From Squalus acanthias (taxonomy: Eukaryota), in NCBI GenBank assembly GCA_030390025.1, contig CM059433.1, positions 3,348,001-3,412,000 on the forward strand: a stretch of 64,000 nt of DNA. Reading direction: 5' to 3'. The position numbers and the translations under genes were made by a program. The notes under the pieces were generated by a model, which ran no database searches, was not told where the DNA came from, and saw only the letters and a list, made by a program, of their open reading frames with translations. Shown here in pieces: positions 63,501 through 64,000 of the stretch; the first letter of the stretch is position 1, and every line of letters begins with the position of its first letter.

Positions 63501-64000
63501 GGAAAGGTCCCAACAGATTGGAAAACTGCTAATGTAATGCCCTTATTTAAAAAGGGAGGTAGACAAAAGGCTGGAAACTATAGACCAGTTAGCCTAACAT
63601 CTGTGGTTGGTAAAATGTTGGAGTCCATTATTAAGGAAGCAGTAACAGGACATTTGGATAAGCATAATTTAATCAGACAGAGTCAGCATGGTTTTATGAA
63701 GGGGAAATCATGCTTGACAAATTTGCTCGAATTCTTTGAGGATGTAACAAACAGGGTGGATAAAGGGGAACCAGTGGATGTGGTGTATTTGGACTTCCAA
63801 AAGGCATTTGATAAGGTGCCACACAAAAGATTACTGCACAAGATAAAAAATCACGGGATTGGGGGTAATATACTGGCATGGGTGGAAGATTGGCTATCTA
63901 ACAGAAAACAGAGAGTTGGGATAAATGGTTCATTCTCGGGTTGGCAATCAGTAACTAGTGGTGTTCCGCAAGGGTCAGTGCTGGGACCCCAACTCTTTAC
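60571..64000 (+). mobile_element. Near full-length CR1 LINE (5' UTR, ORF1, ORF2), running off the window end
   Basis: ORF1 followed by ORF2 [43 protein letters not shown]; frameshifts and stops. Confidence 0.93.
60966..61920 (+). pseudogene. CR1 ORF1 (zinc finger/coiled coil plus SGNH esterase)
   Basis: CxxC...ICSKC, LEELRLRVDELESEL, VVVGDSIIRG, CLPGARVKD, VHVGTNN, DGRHL; premature stops. Confidence 0.88.

Noticed and set aside
1..64000. CRISPR arrays, operons, rRNA
   Set aside because: Vertebrate repeat-rich DNA; no repeat-spacer arrays or rRNA motifs seen

Overview
Eukaryotic, almost entirely transposon-derived genomic DNA. The SINE/LINE repertoire (V-SINE/HE1-like, Deu-domain SacSINE1-like, HER1-type CR1) points to a cartilaginous fish, probably a shark. 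No host gene exon could be supported. The centrepiece is a young, nearly complete 14.8-kb endogenous retrovirus-like provirus on the minus strand (19651-34448) with these parts: a 4-bp TSD (AGAG), 1651-bp LTRs about 99% identical, a tRNA-Arg PBS, gag, pro-pol with both a tether and a retroviral RNase H, and a class I fusion env. This architecture best fits the lokiretrovirus lineage. Its unusual features are: an immunoglobulin-like domain fused in front of the fusion protein; an in-frame gag-pol junction separated by UGA-CUAG, a known readthrough signal; overlapping PSAP/PPxY late domains (PSAPPSY); a gag ATG that overlaps the PBS; a long acidic, internally duplicated extension after integrase; and an inverted solo LTR of a sister family inserted in its 5' LTR. 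The rest of the window is CR1 LINEs, SINEs, a Ty3/Gypsy remnant, decayed two-gene PIF/Harbinger transposons with many derived MITEs, and a 1.6-kb CA-rich microsatellite, much of it nested. All calls are from reading the sequence by eye; no searches were run.
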